DNA from: Candidatus Omnitrophota bacterium
GTDB lineage: Bacteria > Omnitrophota > Gorgyraeia > Zapsychrales > JAHFFX01
Direction: 5' to 3'
Length of the DNA: 64,000 nt
Assembly: GCA_023247705.1 (NCBI GenBank)
Contig: JAHFFY010000004.1
Coordinates: forward strand, 2,561-66,560
Below are positions 59,617 through 64,000 of this stretch, piece after piece. Within the stretch, counting starts at the first letter, position 1. Each line of letters begins with the position of its first letter. The position numbers and the translations under genes are program-made. Below the pieces are notes generated by a model, which saw only the letters and a program-made list of their open reading frames with translations, was not told the origin of the DNA and did not search any database.

Positions 59617-60546
59617 ATGGATAGACAGTCTAAAATCTTGATCATCGGTCACAACGATGCAGTCGAAAATTCGCTTCAGCATTATTTTGTATCCAATCAG
59701 TATCTGCAGATTTTTTCTTCCTCGCGCATTGCGCTCGATTTGTTAAATCAAAAAGCGGTGTTTAATTTTTTTGAAAAAACCAAGGTGGACTATGTCTTCC
59801 TGGGGTCGGTCCGTTCCGGGGGGATCGGGGCCAACCAAAAATACGCCGCGGAATTTATTTATGAAAATCTAGAGAGCCAGAACAATGTGATCCAGGCGGC
59901 CTATAAGTCCGGCGTCAAAAAACTCCTTTATTTCACCGGCTCCTGCACATATCCCAAGAAGTGCCGTCAACCGATGAAGGAAGAATATCTTCTGACCGGA
60001 CGTCTTGAGGAAACAAGCGAACCTTACTCCGTTGCGAAAATCGCCGGGACAAAACTTTGCCAAACGTATAATAAACAGTACGGATTCAAGGCGATCGTCG
60101 CCGTGCCGGCAACGATCTACGGCCCCGGGAGCGACATGGATCTGGAAACGGCGCATGTGATGGGTGCTATGCTTACGAAATTTCATAAGGCGGTGGTCAA
60201 AAAGGAAAAAGAAGTGGTCATCTGGGGAACCGGCAAACCTCGCCGGGAGTTTATTTATGTTGATGATTTTGTCGCGGCGTGTTTACATCTGATGGATTCT
60301 TACAATGATGTCATGATGATCAATGTGGGTTGCGGTCAAGATCACTCGATTAAGGCCTTGGCGGAAATGATTAAAACTGTTTCGGGATTTAAAGGGAAGA
60401 TCGTTTTTGACCGCTCGAGACCCGACGGCGCCATGAAGAAACTCATGGATAATAAGCGTATTCTGAAACTCGGCTGGAAACCGAAGATCGGTTTAAAAGA
60501 AGGGATCGCTCGAACGTATCAGTGGATGGTTCGGGCTACGAAATAA
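59617..60546 (+). CDS. NDP-4-keto-6-deoxy-sugar epimerase/reductase (GDP-L-fucose synthase Fcl-like).
   Basis: KILIIGHNDAV and YSVAKIAG YxxxK motifs; 309 aa. Confidence 0.65.
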   Translation: MDRQSKILIIGHNDAVENSLQHYFVSNQYLQIFSSSRIALDLLNQKAVFNFFEKTKVDYVFLGSVRSGGIGANQKYAAEFIYENLESQNNVIQAAYKSGVKKLLYFTGSCTYPKKCRQPMKEEYLLTGRLEETSEPYSVAKIAGTKLCQTYNKQYGFKAIVAVPATIYGPGSDMDLETAHVMGAMLTKFHKAVVKKEKEVVIWGTGKPRREFIYVDDFVAACLHLMDSYNDVMMINVGCGQDHSIKALAEMIKTVSGFKGKIVFDRSRPDGAMKKLMDNKRILKLGWKPKIGLKEGIARTYQWMVRATK

Positions 60547-60559
60547 CACAAAAGGGTTT

Positions 60560-60654
60560 CCAGTGCCCCAGTCTCCAGCGTCCCAGTCCTTGATGGAGTT
60601 TTTTAAAATAAGAGGAAACTCACTCAACCGGGGTACTGGAGACTGGGGCACTGG
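60560..60654. repeat. Perfect 19-bp inverted repeat separated by 57 nt.
   Basis: CCAGTGCCCCAGTCTCCAG at 60560-60578 pairs with CTGGAGACTGGGGCACTGG at 60636-60654. Confidence 0.65.
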
Positions 60655-60696
60655 GGAACCTATTTAGAAAAATAAAAATATACTGGAGTGAAGAAA

Positions 60697-61629
60697 ATGA
60701 ACATACTAGTCACCGGCGGTGCGGGATACATTGGTTCTGTTTTGGTCCCGACTCTGTTAAGAGAAAAGCATAAGGTTACGGTCCTCGATAATTTTATGTA
60801 CAACCAATCGTCGCTTTTGGATTGCTGTTATGATCCTCAACTGACCATTGTCCGCGGAGATACCCGCGACAAAAGCCTTATAACCAAGTTGCTGAAAGAT
60901 GCGGACGCGATTTTTCCATTGGCCTGTTTGACCGGGGCCCCGTTATGCGCGAGAGATCCGGTTGGGGCGGAAACGATTCTTTTGGATGCCATTAAAATGA
61001 TTCTAAAATTGCGCAGCCGTAATCAGGTGATCATTTTTCCAACCACCAACAGCGGATACGGGGTGGGACAAAAGGGAAAATTTTGCACGGAAGAAACCCC
61101 ATTGAAGCCGATTTCTTTGTACGGTCAACTGAAAGTCAGCGCGGAAAATGAGCTGTTGGAGGCCGGCAACGCGATCACGCTGCGTTTGGCCACGGCCTTC
61201 GGGATCAGCCTGCGGATGAGGCTGGATCTTCTGGTCAATGATTTCACGTACCGGGCCGTTTATGACCGTTTTGTCGTCTTATTTGAGGCCAATTTCAAAC
61301 GAAATTACATTCACGTCAGGGATATTTCAAAAGCCTTCATACATTCTTTGAATCATTTTGACAAAATGAAAAACCAACCCTATAATGTGGGCTTGAGCGA
61401 CGCGAATTTGAGCAAATTGGAACTCTGCGAGGAGATCAAAAAGCAAGTTCCGGCATTTTATTTTGTGGAATCGAAGATCGGCGAAGATCCGGACAAAAGA
61501 GATTACATCGTCAGTAACGAAAAGATCGAGAAGACCGGTTTTAAGCCCGATGTCTCCTTGTCCAAAGGGATTGCGGAGCTGGTGAAGGGCTACCAAGTGA
61601 TCAAAAGGAATCAATACGCTAATATTTAA
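60697..61629 (+). CDS. NAD-dependent epimerase/dehydratase (SDR) family protein.
   Basis: VTGGAGYIGS motif. The ORF-track start is a GTG at 60688; the ATG at 60697 is more likely. Confidence 0.7.
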   Translation: MNILVTGGAGYIGSVLVPTLLREKHKVTVLDNFMYNQSSLLDCCYDPQLTIVRGDTRDKSLITKLLKDADAIFPLACLTGAPLCARDPVGAETILLDAIKMILKLRSRNQVIIFPTTNSGYGVGQKGKFCTEETPLKPISLYGQLKVSAENELLEAGNAITLRLATAFGISLRMRLDLLVNDFTYRAVYDRFVVLFEANFKRNYIHVRDISKAFIHSLNHFDKMKNQPYNVGLSDANLSKLELCEEIKKQVPAFYFVESKIGEDPDKRDYIVSNEKIEKTGFKPDVSLSKGIAELVKGYQVIKRNQYANI

Positions 61630-61757
61630 GAGAATATATCTCCTTCCCAAAAAGGATTCAAATATTTCAATAAATAACTCATCCATGGTTCTTGAGCTTT
61701 CCTCAATTAAAGAAAAGATCAATAACCCCAAAACAGGAAATCCATTCTAAAAATCAT

Positions 61758-63272
61758 ATGAAATCATTAGATATTTTATTTATCCATCCCAACGCCGCCC
61801 ATAAGATTTATCAAGAGTTAAGTGAAACCTATTCCGCCATCGAACCGCCGATCTGGGCGGGGATGTTGACGTCGCATTGTTTAAAAAGAGGGTTTGCCGC
61901 GGACATCATCGACTGTGAAGCCCTGCAGCTGGAGGACGCCCAGGCGGTCGAACAAATTTCCAGCCTCAACCCGCGCGTCGCTTGTTTTGTCGTCTATGGT
62001 CAACAGCCCAGCGCGAGTTCGCAGAATATGGAAGGCGCTGTTTCGCTGGCTGAGGGATTGAAGAAGGCACGGCCGGATATCAAAATTCTGTTTGTCGGCG
62101 GGCATATTGCGGCTTTGCCCCGCGAGGTCATGGAACGGCATGCGTTTATCGACATGGTTTGCCAGAACGAAGGGGTTTATACCATTTCCACCTTATTGAA
62201 AACGAACCTCAAAGACCAGCTCGGCGAAGTGAATGGATTGGGATATCGCGACAACGGCCATATCGTATTGAACAAGCCGTCCGCGATCGTTGCGAAGGAA
62301 GATCTCCATCGGGAAATGCCGGGAATTGTCTGGGATAAGCTCCCGATGGGTAAATACCGGACTGCGCTCTGGCACGCCCTGCCCAATAGTTCTCAACGTT
62401 TGCCTTTTGCCGCGCTGTACACCAGCTTGGGCTGTCCGATGAAATGTTCTTTTTGCATGATCAATATCATTAACCGGCAGGAAAACGAATATTCCGACGG
62501 GAGTGCTGTTTTCCGTTATTGGGAACCGGATTTCATAATCCAAGAATTCGACCGTTTGGCCCAAATGGGTATAAAAAATATTAAGATTGCCGACGAGTTA
62601 TTTGTTTTGAACGCCAACCACTTCATGCGGTTGTGTGAACTCATTATTTCGCGAGGGTATAATTTTAATATCTGGTGTTATTCGCGCATCGATACCGTTA
62701 AAGAGAAATTTCTGGAGACTTTAAAGAAGGCGGGCGTTAATTATCTGGCCTTGGGCATCGAGAGCGGAAATACGAATGTCCGTCGGGACGTGACCAAGGG
62801 GAAATTCGAGGACGTTGATATCCGCGGGATCGTCAAAAAGATCCGCGATCACGGCATCAATGTCGCCGCCAATTATATTTTCGGTCTTCCGGAAGACAAT
62901 CATGAAACCATGCAATCGACGTTAGATCTGGCGTTGGAATTGAATACGGAGATGGCGAATTTTTATTCGGCGATGGCATATCCCGGCAGTCCGTTGTACG
63001 GTGTCGCAAAGAAAGAAGGCTGGAAGCTCCCTGATTCGTACGCCGGTTTCTCGCAACATTCTTATTATACGCAGCCATTACCGACAAAATATCTTTCAGC
63101 CCAGCAGGTTTTGACCTTTCGCGACAAGGCCTGGATGACTTATCATACGAACTCCAGATTTTTAGATTTATTAAAAGGAAAATTCGGCCAGGTTGCCGTC
63201 GATGAAACTTTAAAATCAACCAAGATCAAATTGAAACGTAAAATCCTGGAAACGGCAGGTTCAGTCCAATAA
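61758..63272 (+). CDS. Cobalamin-binding radical SAM enzyme (class B radical SAM methyltransferase-like).
   Basis: N-terminal B12-binding domain; CPMKCSFC Cx3Cx2C motif. The ORF-track start is a TTG at 61692; the ATG at 61758 (MKSLDILFIHPN) is likely. Confidence 0.8.
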   Translation: MKSLDILFIHPNAAHKIYQELSETYSAIEPPIWAGMLTSHCLKRGFAADIIDCEALQLEDAQAVEQISSLNPRVACFVVYGQQPSASSQNMEGAVSLAEGLKKARPDIKILFVGGHIAALPREVMERHAFIDMVCQNEGVYTISTLLKTNLKDQLGEVNGLGYRDNGHIVLNKPSAIVAKEDLHREMPGIVWDKLPMGKYRTALWHALPNSSQRLPFAALYTSLGCPMKCSFCMINIINRQENEYSDGSAVFRYWEPDFIIQEFDRLAQMGIKNIKIADELFVLNANHFMRLCELIISRGYNFNIWCYSRIDTVKEKFLETLKKAGVNYLALGIESGNTNVRRDVTKGKFEDVDIRGIVKKIRDHGINVAANYIFGLPEDNHETMQSTLDLALELNTEMANFYSAMAYPGSPLYGVAKKEGWKLPDSYAGFSQHSYYTQPLPTKYLSAQQVLTFRDKAWMTYHTNSRFLDLLKGKFGQVAVDETLKSTKIKLKRKILETAGSVQ

Positions 63273-63273
63273 T

Positions 63274-64000
63274 ATGATCATCAGTCGAACCCCCTTTCGA
63301 GTCTCTTTTTTCGGCGGAGGCACAGATTATCCGCAATGGTTCTGTGACCATAAAGGTGCGGTTCTGGCCACGACGATCGATAAATATTGTTATATCACCT
63401 GCCGTTATCTGCCGCCATTTTTTGATCATAAATCCAGAATCATTTATTCCAAGATGGAGCATGTTCAAAACGTAAATGAGATCGACCATCCCGCAGTCCG
63501 GGAAGTCTTAAAATTTTTGAAGATTTCTGAAGGGATCGAAATTCATCACGATGGAGATTTGCCGGCGAGAACGGGTTTGGGTTCGAGTTCTTCTTTTACG
63601 GTTGGACTGCTTAACGGTCTTTATGCCCTGAAAGGAATCATGCCGACCAAAGAACGGTTGGCGAAAGAAGCAATATATATCGAACAGGAGAAATGCAAAG
63701 AGAATGTCGGCTGCCAGGACCAGACCTTGGCCGCTTTCGGCGGCATCAGTTATATCGAATTCGGCGGGCAGGAGTTGATCCGCGTTCAGAAAGTCACGAT
63801 GCCCGTTGATCGGATCCAGAATTTACGCGCGCATATGATGCTGTATTTCACCGGGTTTTCCCGCATGGCTTCCGAGATCGCCGCCCATCAGATCAGGAAT
63901 ATCCCGAAAAAGAAATCCGAACTGACCACCATGTATAAACTGACCCTCGAGGCGATCAAGATCCTCAACGGAACGAATATACTTAAGTTCGGAAAGCTTT
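63274..64000 (+). CDS. GHMP kinase, HddA-like sugar (heptose) phosphate kinase. Truncated at the 3' edge of the window.
   Basis: MIISRTPFRVSFFGGGTDYP N-terminus; GLGSSSS ATP-binding motif. No stop codon before the window end. Confidence 0.7.
   Translation, partial: MIISRTPFRVSFFGGGTDYPQWFCDHKGAVLATTIDKYCYITCRYLPPFFDHKSRIIYSKMEHVQNVNEIDHPAVREVLKFLKISEGIEIHHDGDLPARTGLGSSSSFTVGLLNGLYALKGIMPTKERLAKEAIYIEQEKCKENVGCQDQTLAAFGGISYIEFGGQELIRVQKVTMPVDRIQNLRAHMMLYFTGFSRMASEIAAHQIRNIPKKKSELTTMYKLTLEAIKILNGTNILKFGKL

Overview
This 64-kb window comes from a Gram-negative-type (diderm) bacterium at roughly 45-50% GC; the diderm call rests on the presence of LptD and the Mla system. Nearly all genes are on the + strand; the only clear minus-strand genes form a two-gene island at 16.7-18.6 kb. 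I could not recognise rRNA, tRNA, CRISPR arrays, transposases or integrases by eye. A tRNA, tmRNA or SRP search on the full contig would be needed to be sure.

The most unusual feature is a giant ORF at 54..6818 (at least 2254 aa). It has no in-frame stop between the window's 5' edge and its first start codon, so it may be even longer. It carries an N-terminal transmembrane anchor, a coiled coil and a second hydrophobic segment. A C-terminal region resembles DUF58, and there is a weak transglutaminase-like C-x-x-F-A-S motif. Directly downstream lies an AT-rich STAND/Arch_ATPase-type AAA+ NTPase gene with its own promoter, which looks laterally acquired.

The rest is mostly recognisable housekeeping and envelope biology:
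- trxA, a DJ-1/PfpI protein, panD, def and lipA.
- A flippase-like membrane protein and a NYN/YacP-like protein.
- An atypical Mla operon (mlaE, lipoprotein, mlaF, mlaD), then yggT, ybaB, a PC4-like protein and greA.
- A lipid-linked glycosylation set (GT-C, Gfo/Idh/MocA dehydrogenase, hexapeptide acetyltransferase, GT2), plus rlmB, an HD hydrolase and an M48 peptidase.
- A triple-PAS hybrid histidine kinase with an overlapping Hpt gene.
- A ydbH/ynbE/ydbL-like trio, a TPR-containing GT-C protein, ferritin, an AzoR-like protein, an aminotransferase and a second DJ-1 protein.
- The hrcA-grpE-dnaK-dnaJ operon with two tandem CIRCE operators around its promoter.
- fmdB, vanZ, a DUF1015 protein, accD, an orphan MalK-like ABC ATPase, two tandem GGDEF cyclases, a ROK kinase and lptD.
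- A polysaccharide nucleotide-sugar cluster of at least 15 kb. It contains ugd, a cupin epimerase/ketoisomerase, an NDP-sugar pyrophosphorylase, a 4,6-dehydratase, a second sugar dehydrogenase, UXS, a carbamoyltransferase with SxtJ and DUF5989 partners, a split TPP enzyme, a fcl-like gene, an SDR epimerase, a B12 radical-SAM enzyme and an HddA-like GHMP kinase. An MntA/HepT toxin-antitoxin pair is embedded in it.

Several intergenic regions carry long perfect or near-perfect inverted repeats. All domain assignments rest on motif recognition by eye and should be confirmed by HMM or structure searches.
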